DNA of 56,425 nucleotides from Hydrurus foetidus (taxonomy: Eukaryota), in NCBI GenBank assembly GCA_900617105.1, contig UYFQ01000209.1:1-56425 (forward strand), read 5' to 3'. Positions 37,241-48,560 of this stretch are shown here, in pieces. A program made the position numbers and the translations under genes. The stretch's first letter is position 1. Every line of letters begins with the position of its first letter. The notes beneath the pieces are model-generated. The model worked only from the letters and a program-made list of their open reading frames with translations, was not told where the DNA came from and did not search any database.

Positions 37241-38036
37241 TTAATTACGAACACTCCTCCGATCAATTAGTTTCGGTAATGTTATATCTTTCGAGTTTAT
37301 TCTTTGTCGTCCAGGTGACTTGGATTTTTTCTCTGGACTAACCTCGGCTGTCTGACCAGAGCCGACACTGAACACACTGAATCCAGAAGATGTTGTCCCT
37401 GTGAGAGGAGGGCTTCTAGGAAGATTTGATGACAATATCGAGAAATCCGGTGGTATGCACTTCGATGTAGTAGATTGCATGTCCTTCGCGATCAACGAAT
37501 CCCGGTCCAATTTCTCGTAAAATTCTGGATATACAGATATACTTCGCTTGTGTCTTTCACTATTCCTCGCATGTTCATCCCATTCAGTGTGATTGTATGC
37601 GGGGGAAACCTCCTGAATTCTGCGAAGCATTCTTTGATTCTCATTGGTTATCTTCTGCAATTCAACTTTCTTCCTCGATTTCATTATTTCTCTCTTGGAT
37701 GATGAATGCACCGCTGTTGTTTCGCATATCTCATTATCTATTGTCTTTGACTGCACAATTGTCGCTATCCTTCCAAGGAGAATCTTGTTGTCATACTCTA
37801 TTGCAGCATGCTTCCGCCGCTAGGAGAAAAAATATTATCCTATTTAAAACGAGTTTTCATCATTAGCGGTCAGTTGTCGGATAAAATTAGACCTGGTCCA
37901 TATCGCCCTTATTTGTGAGAGGATGTGGTCTGGGAGCCTGACAATCCACAGATGTCTTAGCCTCTCGTACTCGTGCCATGTGAGATTCATAATTGGCCTT
38001 CTCCGGACCCTTTCTGTCAGGTCGTCGTAAGTTCAT
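37241..38036 (-). CDS. CFAP97/KIAA1430 (Hemingway)-domain cilia-associated protein (2 exons, about 240 aa)
   Basis: Exon 38036-37893 (YESHMARVREAKTSVDCQAP) and exon 37819-37241 (IEYDNKILLGRIATI...RKKVELQKITNENQRMLRRIQEVSPAYNHTEW) show the characteristic double I..EN..LL.RI pattern of this family. Confidence 0.8.
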
Positions 38037-38362
38037 TTAATCTTTAGCAACTTTCAAAGTCAGGCGATAAACAAGCTGCTAGAAAAGTTAGTTCTTGTGG
38101 AAGTTTCCTGATTTCCTAAGTAGTTGAGTCACTTATGACTTCGCTTAGTACCGTAGTCTGCTATCTGCTACTGTGTACTCAAGGTACCCCCTTGGTGTAC
38201 TGTACAGATTCACTTGGCATTTCAAGATTCCCGGAGATGGCTTCCTTTGATTTCATTTCATGCGAAGAAGCAAAGCGAAACTGATATTTTTTCCGGATGA
38301 AATAATCTTGGAATAAAAAATAAAAAACCAAATTATTTCAAATTTCTGTCAATGGCAACGTA

Positions 38363-39829
38363 CCGTAAACGTAATATGTCGTGAGAATGGTTTTCGTGAG
38401 AATTATTTGAAATACGAATTAATTACTGAAAATTTGTGGTGAGAGAGAACTACAGGAATTAATTAACTGAGAAAAAAAGTACTGAGAATAATATTGGGCG
38501 TCGAAACACCTAAACTCAAACTCGGCGGTTTTTGACAAGTTCGAACCAACCTCTACGGTAACAAAAATGATGGTCTCATGCCGTAACCTCTAGCTAACGT
38601 TGTTTTTTAACGAGCGTTTACTAAAGTGCGTACATTTTGCCTGTACTTTGCGTCCGGATAAGGTGCAAAAGTTCAAATTTAGATGGTTTTCAATGCTACG
38701 GTGTATGTGATTGGTTGTCCAATCTACAGCCTATTACCAGCGACGTGATAGCTATCAACAGTAGAATAAGGAATTTCTTAACATCACTGTCCATCCGGGT
38801 GCTGTCGCTTCAAGATTTTGTTGGTTATCTCAGCAATTGGAATCAGGTAGAAGGAGCCTCTATCAGTGCCGCCATGCGATTGGAAGTAAATTTTGGACGC
38901 TTGATATGCCATTTTAGTCATGACGTCGCGTACTCATGACCTGGCTACATTTTTATCCTTCTTGGCTGTCAGATATCGAGAGACTATTTAGATTATGAGA
39001 GAATTTATGAGTATGTTTCGAAGAACAGATTAATTATGCCCCCATTAAGCGATTACAAGACCTCCAATATTTTGATTAAGTTGTTCTTGATTGGAGTGTT
39101 TGCGATTTCGGGTTTTTTTCAAAAACGACTTTCAAAGTCGACTTCTTCAAAGTCGTTTTTCCCAAAAAAATGAAAAGAAACCACAGAAAACGAGTTCGGC
39201 CTTCTTGACCGACAAAGTCGTTTTTAGATTTTTTTTCTGTAGACAACTTTGAAAGTCGTTTTTGAAAAAAACCCGAAATCGCAAACTCTCTATTTCATAA
39301 TTTCGAAATAATATTTTTGATCACTCAAGCGAATCTGTATTAAAATCATCATCGTCACCATTAGCACCATAATCATCATCACTATTAGCAGCATCATCAG
39401 CATTAGCATCACCAAAGGCATCATCATTAGCAGCATCATCATCACCATTGGCATCATCAACACCATTGGCATCACTGTTAATGTCTTCATGAATATCTTC
39501 TTCAAATTTGATTCGTGTAATTCGCCTGACAACTTAATTATGCGCTAATCCTAATCGATGAAGAATTCTCATGATTTCATGTATTTCTTATTTATTTTAT
39601 CATTTTTTAAAAGTGCGCCAGAAAAAAAAATCCTGTTGGAAGCAGTTACAGCTGTAAGGGCACGTTACAGCGAAACAATGATTTTGTATCTCTGCATCTT
39701 CTTAAAATGTAATTAATTAAAAATATAGGGTGGTGAGAATCTTCCTGAGAATTAATTAATTAACCGGAACCGGCTGAGAATGATCCCGATAATTATTTGA
39801 TAAATTCTCACGACATATTACGTTTACGG
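38363..39829. mobile_element. Non-autonomous Tc1/mariner-type DNA transposon (1467 bp), 26-bp perfect TIRs, TA TSD
   Basis: TA|CCGTAAACGTAATATGTCGTGAGAAT (38361-38388) and ATTCTCACGACATATTACGTTTACGG|TA (39804-39831). Subterminal (G/C)TGAGAA and AATTAATTA motifs occur at both ends. No intact transposase. Confidence 0.9.
39094..39290. mobile_element. MITE (197 bp) nested inside the 38363-39829 element, 45-bp TIRs
   Basis: GAGTGTTTGCGATTTCGGGTTTTTTTCAAAAACGACTTTCAAAGT matches the reverse complement of the right end with 1 mismatch in 45. The flanks are TG and TA. Confidence 0.85.
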
Positions 39830-39917
39830 TAACAGCGAAGTGGATGACAGACGTCATCTAATCGCTGCGTGCTGATTGCTGCAGTGAAGAGTTAAGTGAG
39901 GTGCCAGACAACTGCAA

Positions 39918-41536
39918 ATGGTCAGGAAAAACCTTGCACTTTGCTTGCTCTTCCTTGCATTTTTTTGTATCTGCGACGGACTTGATATCGTTAAATCAGC
40001 AACAATGGGCTCTACTGCATCAAAACCACAATTCGACTACGAAATGTACAGAAATCCCATCAATGGTGTAGAACTCACCGAGAAGGTCATTGTTATAAAT
40101 GGTCGGAAAATTAATGTTGCTCGTTGGTGTCCTGCATCGCCAAAAGCTGTTGTACTCATCAGCCATGGTCTACATGAACATGCGCTTCGATATTTCGGGG
40201 TTGCTGCAAGTCTTACGGCAAAAAATTACATCGTCATCGCCCTTGATCATTCATCCCATGGACTGAGCGATGGAATTCGAGGATATGTCCCCGACTACAA
40301 GGTGCTTCCAATGGATTTTGCTTCGTTAGCCAACCTTGTACGTGATGAGTTTCCCCACGTACCCTTTTTCGTTCTGGCTCACTCTATGGGTACTCTCGTG
40401 GCTACTTTGGCTATCAAGGAAATGCCTTTCGTTGAGGTCAGTGGCGAGCATTTATGATATCAGTGCACTGTGTCAATCTACGGACTGTAGATGTCGCTTG
40501 TGAGAGATCATGTTGAAGCACTCTTTTGTGCGACATCCTTACGATTTGGTGCACCATCATCGCGATATCTACACCTCATTCATCATTCATCACATATACC
40601 GGCGCTTCTGAGTCAGACTTCTTTTTAAAATCTTACTGCTTTATATAGGCAGCTGTGTTTTCGGGATGTCCGTTATTCTCTGGACCAGCTTCAAGTAGCC
40701 CATTCGGTAAGCTAAATTCTACATTGAATCACAGCTAATCACAAAGGCGTTGTGAAGCTGACGTGAAGGCATTTCGTCATAGGAAAAGTTGCATATAAAG
40801 CGACACATTGATATGATATGATTTTTGCTCAAAGAATCTATCTCGCTGCACGTAGGCAGTACAGGAACATTTGTCACAAACCATCTTAATGACATCCTCC
40901 TATCACCTCCCATATAACTTTTAACACACCAGGCATGCAGTGCCTGTATCCGCTCTCCCAGACATCCGTTGCTGTGACTTTAACTCGCATAATGGCAGCC
41001 ATTGCCCCAAAGGGGGCTGCCGCGCCAATACTCATTAATGAAATTACTTCCGACTTAAAGGAAATCGAAATTTTGAAGAAAGACCCGCGGAGGTTCGCCT
41101 CTTCTATTTCTTTATTTTATGTCTTTCGAAATAATTGTCTGATGTCCTTCATACTTTTGAAAAGGCCACGTGCCTTTTGGCTAACCTCGATGTTAATTTA
41201 TACATGATGTGATGATGTAGGTTCGAAGGTGACATCATGAATAAGACAGCTTACGAAGTGCTCAAAATGATAGCAGCCGTGAAAACTGAAATTCCGTCAT
41301 TTAAAACTCCTATACTTTGCGTTCACGGACACAGCGACAAAGTTGCCTTGCCTAAAAGCAGTCAGTATTTTATAGACTTTGCTGGCACTGACAAACCAAA
41401 GAAATCTCTACAATTTTTGCCTGATTTAAAGCATGAGATATTCTTCGAGAAGAAACCATACGGGCCTGCTGCTGTGAAATGTGTGGTGGACTACTTCGAA
41501 TCTCAATTCTCACCGAAAGCATTCGAACAGATCTGA
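39918..41536 (+). CDS. Monoglyceride lipase/lysophospholipase-like alpha/beta hydrolase (Hydrolase_4 type), 4 exons, about 350 aa
   Basis: Exons 39918-40436, 40649-40706, 40933-41092 and 41221-41536. Motifs VLISHGLHEHALRY, ALDHSSHGLSDG, nucleophile elbow AHSMG, catalytic Asp in VHGHSDKV and His in LKHEIFFE. Confidence 0.9.
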
Positions 41537-42610
41537 AGATCTGAGTTGCTTCTGATTCATTGACTCAGCGGATACATCGATTACGCGTCATTTGATGAAA
41601 TGTGTGCATGCCTGCGACATGGCATTTAGTGCCTTGGTAATGGGATTAGCTTATTATCATTTCCCCCGTAATTTTTCTTCTTCGCACTCATGCCACACGC
41701 GTTCACTGTCGCTGTCCAGTGGAGCTGTATGTAACAGACCTCTTCTGCTTCAACAACTCAAAATGCATGCCATGAAACGAATCCATTTCACGGTCAACAT
41801 TTTAGCGAAACTGTAACATGGAAACCCTGGGTGAATATGAATCTTCTAGCTTCGCATAGTTTTGGTGTTTTGGTAGACACACAACTAGCCGTTCAACATC
41901 ACAGAAAGATCGGAGTTTGGAGTTTATAGAAGATGTTTCAATCTCACTGAAACACCTTTTTTTCATGCCATTACCACAGAATGAACTTAGGGAACACTTT
42001 CCTATTAATAACTCCTATCAACACCCACACTCGATTATCTACACACACTAGCTACCTTCCCTAGCCGACTTCCGCATGATTTACCATACTTCCTTTTGAT
42101 TAAATTATCCCTCATTACTCCGCTTTCATGTTTGAATCGCCGGAAACTATCTAGTAAAATCCATAAAATATCGACACTCGAAAAAATAGTTTCAGTCAAT
42201 ATTTAAGCTCGGCTTGTCACGAGCCTCTGAGATGGATTGACATGAGTCAGATACGGACTGATCTCATGAGTTTTCGTAATGGCGTCAACGACTGAATTTT
42301 AGAAAAGAAGAAAGCTCATCGTTTGAGCGAAAAAATCCTTCATATTCACACTCTTTATTTTCTGTAGATTTGCATCGACAAATTATGTAACGTCTCAGAT
42401 TACTGTATTCTGCACTATCGTACATCGTGAATAAAGTCAAGTTAGACAAATAAAGGGACAAACTATCGATCGCATTGCACTGGAACCCTATCAACAAAGT
42501 CTCTGTGGAGATGGCATGAAGAGTCATTTGCAGAAAGAAAGAGAGAGAGTCACTCATATCTCACACAATCAAAGACGGCACTAATCAGTCTGTGCACTCC
42601 AGACAGAAGT

Positions 42611-44585
42611 CTACCCGATAGTTTTCGTCTCTTTCAAGCCACATGTTGGGGAGATTGCATCATCAGGGAGATTGGCGTTGTCGTGATATATCTTGCTCTT
42701 ATTATACGGCCGACTGTCTACGAGAGTGTACTGACCGAGGTGAGATAGTAGACCGTAGTTACGCGCTCTCTTAACGCATTTTGCCACCTAATACAATGAG
42801 TATCGATACTACGTCAGAAATCCATGATACCTGATTGTAATGTCTTTTGTATACGTGACTATTCGTCGGTAATTGAATTGTGTTACACTCTTGTCTAAGT
42901 GGCTACGCATACTTAAGTGCAACTTGAGTGATAGTCAGGGGTGCGGAAATATCAGCTCTACATGTCAGCTCCAAAGCATGCAGTTGAAGAAAAGAAATGA
43001 GATTCTGTTCGTGTGTCGATGAGTCATCACTGTCACTTCTAATGCGTTCATTCCGTGTGTGTGTGCCCGCATCACGACGTCTATTTTACAGTGTGCGTGC
43101 ATGCAACTTAAACTGGACTGACCTTTCTTTGACATTTAGCGCACAAGCCGGTTTCTCTTCGGCCCAAAATCTCTGCGTCTTCAGCTAGAAAGCGAGTAAG
43201 CTCTCGGAGATCTAAGTGGTCAAGAAGCTGCAGAATAGGTAATAAAGAGGAGATAGTGAAGAACGGCTTGACTGAGAAGAAGTGAATAATGTGTGAATGA
43301 GGGATAAGAAAGAAGGTCACCAGACAGGGTGCGAGTCACAAGATATGAGATTAAGATGAAGATTGAGTTGGTTTATGTTGAGAGCCAAGGTGCGCTAGAC
43401 AAAAGAGTCAAAGAAGGGTAGAGAAAATGATGGAAAAAAAGAGTGACGGAGGAAGAGCATAGGTGCAGAATGTGGGTAGTGTTAACCTGTATATCTAACT
43501 TATGGCATCTCAGTATTCCTTCCCTGCCTGATCTTTGTTTGTGGCCGTCACAGGATCTCAGACCCTTAAAATGAAGATAAAATCAAAAAAATTAGAATAA
43601 CTTTTCCAGATATTTTAAAAGAAAAGATGTTCCAAACAGAAATAAAATAAAATGAAATAACGTCTCACGCGACTGAACTGACCAAACACGTTATCTATCA
43701 CTGTTTTCATGACAATATGAAAATGAAAATATGCTCACCTGTGCGTCTTGAGTGAAAAGGTCACCACTACTTTCGGCGGTGAATTTGGTGAGTTCGTTAT
43801 CTGCAACGTCTTCAACAGTTCTCCATGGGATTGAATAGTTGAGCTGAGGAATTGTAACGAATCCTCCTTTATCCTCCTTTCCTAACAATTCGTCTAAATG
43901 TTCCGCCACATCTGGACTGTTAAATAAATTCTCCACCGGCTCTTCCATGAGATTTGCGAAATCCTCATCAGAATCCGCCTGCAAGTCATCTACTTCTTCT
44001 TCTTCTTCTCCTTCCATATCATCTTCGTCGAACTCTCTGCTTTCTGGTGAGGTGTCCAGAAATAAATCAGTTGTGTTCGGCTTTAATATTGGTGGCTCCA
44101 GATCATCCCATGTAACTAGCTCGTCCTACATACCATAGAATAGAATGATGAGGGGCAGCTCGATGTGTGCTAAGGGTGAGTGTCGATGTTCTGATAAGTA
44201 ATGGCAATACCTTAAAAGATGTCAATGACTCCAAGCCCTCCGCAGACTGCGCCGCAATAATAGCACTCGCATAGTCAAGGAATTGTTTGTCTTCCTCTAC
44301 CTGTCTATCGAAGAATTCGTCTGGCACTGGAACTATCATACAAAAACATCAGCAGTTTGAAGACGTCACTTTTGAGTTTAATGGTACAGCGGAAGATTCA
44401 AGTAGATCGCTTCTCGTCTGATACAGACAATTACCGTTTGGGTCGATTTTTTTGCCGCCCCGCGTAGAACTGAAGTTCGCTGACTGATTTGTCCAATTGG
44501 TTAACAAACTAGTCGTGGCAGTCTTCGCAGCAACACTATGCGGTAGTTTTCTGAGAATTCGCCCCGCTGTGAGCAAGAGTGACAT
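42611..44585 (-). CDS. MRPS18: Mitochondrial ribosomal protein bS18m with presequence and long acidic N-terminal extension (6 exons, about 339 aa)
   Basis: Exons 44585-44435, 44332-44211, 44125-43739, 43564-43487, 43227-43123 and 42787-42611. S18 core LTRFLAEDAEILGRRETGLCAKCQRKVAKCVKRARNYGLL. The N-terminus MSLLLTAGRILRKLPHSVAAK is basic with no acidic residues, like a mitochondrial presequence. Confidence 0.85.
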
Positions 44586-44745
44586 GTTTCCCACACCTTT
44601 ATTTGAGACGGTGAACTCTTCCAATGGAAGTACTAATACCAACTGTTTCCTGAGGTGATGTCAAATGGCTAAGGGTACATGTTCTATGTGACGGCATATG
44701 GTTGTCGGTGGAGCCTCCAGAAGAAAAAGCCGTAAAATCGATATA

Positions 44746-44785
44746 CCGTAAAATTAAGTACCGAGTCTCGGTACAGTAATTACGG
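44746..44785. mobile_element. 40-bp palindromic mini-element with TA|CCGTAA ends
   Basis: TA|CCGTAA-AATTAA-GTACCGAG-T-CTCGGTAC-AGTAA-TTACGG|TA. The terminal bases match the 38363-39829 element. Confidence 0.5.
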
Positions 44786-44850
44786 TATACTAAATAGGAA
44801 AGCACGTACAAGAAGTTCTTGTTTTCCACGGTTTCGGCAAGGGGGTATAA

Positions 44851-45052
44851 CACTGAGGATATACGAAAAATGTCGACATGACGGAAAAGTGAACTTTCGA
44901 CGGAAAAGTGAACTTTCCTTTTCCACTAGCCCGTGGCAAGCTGCCACGGAAAGTGAAGAGTAACAATTCAGGAACTGAAGTTCTCGGTTTTCACACTTTT
45001 CGGTCACTTTTGCGTCAGTTTCCGTGTCGACATTTTTCGTATATCCTCAGTG
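44851..45052. mobile_element. CACTA/EnSpm-type MITE (202 bp), 28-bp TIRs, 3-bp TAA TSD
   Basis: TAA|CACTGAGGATATACGAAAAATGTCGACA ... TGTCGACATTTTTCGTATATCCTCAGTG|TAA. Subterminal GACGGAAAAGTG/CACTTTTC repeats occur in both orientations. Confidence 0.9.
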
Positions 45053-45129
45053 TAAAAGGAGAGGGGACGGTTTCAAGGCTCAGCCCCACCAAAAAACCCC
45101 TGCGTAGGCCAATATGCAATAAGCATATA

Positions 45130-45568
45130 GAGTGGGGGACCTATTGTTTCTTAAATTCTAATTAAGCCCCAATTTTTTCCAAAATTTTAACGGAAATGGA
45201 CCTAAAACCGTGCTGAAAACGTACCGGAAACGGCTTAATTACGCCGTATCTACGGCTTTATTGAGCCGTTCCCGGTGAAATTTCCGGATTTTGCGGCCAA
45301 ATACGGTATAATGAATCTGCATACGGGAATTATTCTACCGAAATGAACTAAAAATCGTACATTGATCTTAATTAAACACCGTTTTATTTTGGTGGTTTAG
45401 ACCCCCTAAGTTTCGGACCTTTCCGGTTGTCAAATGGAACTTTTAGATAGCTTGGAATTTTCTTCAGACCAGGGCGAGTTCAAAAACAACCTCAGAAGTA
45501 AAGTACACTAAAAACTCCGTATGCTGGAATTAATCCTGGAGAGGTGCGCTTAAATAGGTCCCCCACTC
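45130..45568. mobile_element. MITE (439 bp), GAGTG-ended, TA TSD, nested in the left subterminal region of the hAT
   Basis: TA|GAGTGGGGGACCTATT (45128-45145) and AATAGGTCCCCCACTC|TA (45553-45570). Confidence 0.85.
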
Positions 45569-45732
45569 TATGCCACCAGATCCTTTTTTTTTGCATATTT
45601 GCTTATATATATCGATAACAAGCCAAATATGCAAAGCAAGTATAACCCTCAATAATAGGCCTATAACAGATCATTCGATAATCTCCCTGAATTAGGCCTG
45701 TTCTTACGATATGAGCAATTGATGGTTATGAT

Positions 45733-48060
45733 ATGTTCAGCATGTTGACTATCTTCAATTGGTCAGATGTCAGGCATCAAATATTAAATAGATCAGTAGA
45801 GTCAACCATGGAAAATTTCTTGGGAAATGGTGCTGCTCAAGCTTCAGCGTCATCCAGCTCTGTCGGTGATCTTATGGGAACAACGTTACTGCGTGCTCCG
45901 AATGAGGCGTCTATATTTACCCAGCCGAGGGAGCCCATCCTTCAATTTACGTGGCTGATAGGCAAGAAGGGTGCCAACAATACCTACGAGTGCAAATTTT
46001 GCAGGAGGCGAATTAACGGGCAACCCGCTATGGTCTATGCTCACTTCAGTGATGAACTCAGCTCTCAGAGAATATGTGGCTGCCAACGCAAGGAAGACTG
46101 GCCCCCGCTTTTAACGGAGCAAATCCGAAAAGCCATCGCCATGAGAATCGCGGAACAGGCGAAGAAAGATAGGAAAAAATCTTTCAGCAAGGTTGCAATT
46201 CAACCCGTGATCAATCAGGCTCTCTCAAGTATGAGCAGACCTAGTGCCGATGCTGCAATTATGCAGTTCATAGTCCTTTGCAGAATTGCTCCATCTATCG
46301 TGGAAAAACCTGTATTCAGAAACATGATAACAGCTTTGAGAGACGCAGGGCCGCTCTATCTTCCCCCGAAACGCCACGACTTCGGAGTGAACGCCCATAA
46401 TTTATCAGCGGAGGCTATACAAGAGAATCCTGACAAATTGGGAAGGATCCTCTTCATCGAGCTGAAACGAGTTCGAGCAGCAAAAGAACATCTTTTATCT
46501 GGGTTATCATGTATCGGTGGAACTCTTTGCAACGACGGGGCAAAGTGGCGTAAAAGAAGCTTGATCAACTCTGTGTTGATTACCCCTTTGGGGGCTTTCT
46601 TTGCCCAATCGACGGATGCTACGGGCCATTTCAAGGACGCACAGTACATTTTAGATGATATCATCTCTGCGATTGCTAATGTGGGAGAAGAGAATGTTTT
46701 CATTGTAGCATTGGATGGGGCATGCAAAAAAATAATGAGGTTGATTTGGGAGAAGGAATCGACGCATAAAATATTCCCGCAACGCTGTTCGACCCATGGG
46801 TGTAATTTGCTTATATCCGACATTGGGAAACTCTTCTTATGGGAAATCAATCTCTGCGTGAGGTTGGTGAAATTTATTTTAAATCATGATGCTGTCTATG
46901 CTCTTTTCAAGAAAATGCACAACATTCTTATGCTACTGGGAACCTGTGAGACGCGGTTTGCCTCCCATATCTACTCGGTCGATCGTATTGTAGCGGATAA
47001 AGATCAACTCCAACAGTTTTGGAGATCGACTGAATTACGAGAGTTACTGCAACCACGCTCAAGCTCTGACTTGAAGGCTGAGCACATCAGCCTACGGAAT
47101 GATTTTATTTTGAATGAGCAAACGTGGTCGACAGTCAAGGTATTTCTTGATGTGGAGGTGCCTATAAGAACTGCGCTGAGAATTTCTGATAGCAATGCAC
47201 CGAATTTAGGTCAAATGGCGCTCGTTTTTGAACGATCAATCGTACAGAGTATGAAGGGAGCAATGAAAGCTGAGGGAGACGTTCCCGTCATTTATCCTGA
47301 CCTGGCTGAGAAAATCAGAAATCTCTGCGACAAAAGAAGAGTTGACATCGTCACAAAGTTGTGCCTCGCCGCAGCAATGGTTTATCCGAAGAACATTTAC
47401 ACTGAAAATGGAGAAGTCTACGCTCCTGAAGGTAGAAAGGCAGCAATTAACGACGTAATTCAACGGTACTATCCGTCAATCAGCGATCAGCTCAAGGCTA
47501 TCATTGTCCTCAATAATCTAAGGTCAAAATCAGGTCTCTTTGCCGATCCGCGTATGAAATTATCGGCTGACACTTCCACCCCGGACGATTTCTACATAAT
47601 TGCTTGGTCTCTTTCAGACGAAGTAGTGGGCCTGGAGTTGTATAGAAAATTGATTAACGGATACAGCGGCCAGGGGGAATCGGAGCGCATGAACAAGCAG
47701 GTCAAGAAGCATCGAACCACCGTCAGAAACCAACAACATCACGCGTCCACATCAGCGCTGATGGAGTTAGAGTCGACATACAAAATGATCGAGAATAGAA
47801 GGGAACAACCTGCAGAAGTACTGTACATAGATCGCCTGGAGGAAACTTTTAGAGATGTTCAGGAGGAAATCGCATTTGATGCTGCAGTGGAGTCACTCAA
47901 TGATGCTATCGCTCGAGACGCAGGTGCTGACTATGCTAGTGATGACGAGGATGATATTGACTACGACGCAGAAATTCCAGATATGGGCCGCAATGCGTTG
48001 AATGATTTACTTATTCACGCTGCTTCAGCTATCGGTGCGAATGATGCTTTTGATAATTAG
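45733..48060 (+). CDS. hAT transposase (BED zinc finger, DUF659-type DDE core, C-terminal dimerisation region), intronless, 775 aa (start possibly 45808)
   Basis: BED-like W...YECKFC...YAHF...CGC, first Asp in TLCNDGAK, VALDGA, CxxH motif RCSTHGCNLL, ETRFAS, and catalytic Glu in SGQGESERMN. Confidence 0.9.
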   Translation: MFSMLTIFNWSDVRHQILNRSVESTMENFLGNGAAQASASSSSVGDLMGTTLLRAPNEASIFTQPREPILQFTWLIGKKGANNTYECKFCRRRINGQPAMVYAHFSDELSSQRICGCQRKEDWPPLLTEQIRKAIAMRIAEQAKKDRKKSFSKVAIQPVINQALSSMSRPSADAAIMQFIVLCRIAPSIVEKPVFRNMITALRDAGPLYLPPKRHDFGVNAHNLSAEAIQENPDKLGRILFIELKRVRAAKEHLLSGLSCIGGTLCNDGAKWRKRSLINSVLITPLGAFFAQSTDATGHFKDAQYILDDIISAIANVGEENVFIVALDGACKKIMRLIWEKESTHKIFPQRCSTHGCNLLISDIGKLFLWEINLCVRLVKFILNHDAVYALFKKMHNILMLLGTCETRFASHIYSVDRIVADKDQLQQFWRSTELRELLQPRSSSDLKAEHISLRNDFILNEQTWSTVKVFLDVEVPIRTALRISDSNAPNLGQMALVFERSIVQSMKGAMKAEGDVPVIYPDLAEKIRNLCDKRRVDIVTKLCLAAAMVYPKNIYTENGEVYAPEGRKAAINDVIQRYYPSISDQLKAIIVLNNLRSKSGLFADPRMKLSADTSTPDDFYIIAWSLSDEVVGLELYRKLINGYSGQGESERMNKQVKKHRTTVRNQQHHASTSALMELESTYKMIENRREQPAEVLYIDRLEETFRDVQEEIAFDAAVESLNDAIARDAGADYASDDEDDIDYDAEIPDMGRNALNDLLIHAASAIGANDAFDN

Positions 48061-48560
48061 TTCCAATAAGTAATAAGAGACAATTTTGCAATAAAGAATC
48101 TTCTTGAGGTGTGATGTTACTCCGTACAGCTCTCAGCTGGAAGCTTCGAAGGCAGAACCCTTCTTACTAGACCATACTGTATGACTCCGTACCACGCGTT
48201 ACATCGGACCTACTTGGCCTTTTACCTAGAACGATCCTGGGACTTTTTATTTTTTCCCGTTTACATGGGAAGGTGTAGTCCACTTGCATAAAGCTCCCTT
48301 ATAGCGCACCATGTTTATGAGAGGACCGAACCCGGTTTCAAGGCCGGCGGATGGATTCCAATCCTCTGACCACTAAGGCCCGAAGGTTCCGACATAAAGT
48401 CACAAATATATAGATAAATCCCCAAAGGGACAAAACGTACGTAAGTACTGTACGATGCACACGTATGTACTTTGCATATGTTGCTTATATATATACAAAT
48501 CTGTGAAACGTGCATATATGCTTATATATATTTTACGATTTTGCATATTGGCCTACGCAG

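Larger units (their letters stand above)
45100..48560 (+). mobile_element. hAT-superfamily DNA transposon, 20-bp perfect TIRs
   Basis: CTGCGTAGGCCAATATGCAA (45100-45119) and TTGCATATTGGCCTACGCAG (48541-48560). Subterminal TGCATAT(n)TGCTTATATATA repeats lie at about 45592, 48473 and 48511. The element encloses an intact transposase ORF. No perfect TSD is visible. Confidence 0.85.

Noticed and set aside
39290..39532. 80-aa Met-rich ORF
   Set aside because: An off-frame reading of a GAT/GCT-rich low-complexity tract inside a non-autonomous transposon.
46356..46850. Antisense ORFs over the hAT, Copia and IQ coding regions (this 164-aa one is an example)
   Set aside because: Shadow ORFs opposite well-supported genes, with no motifs of their own.
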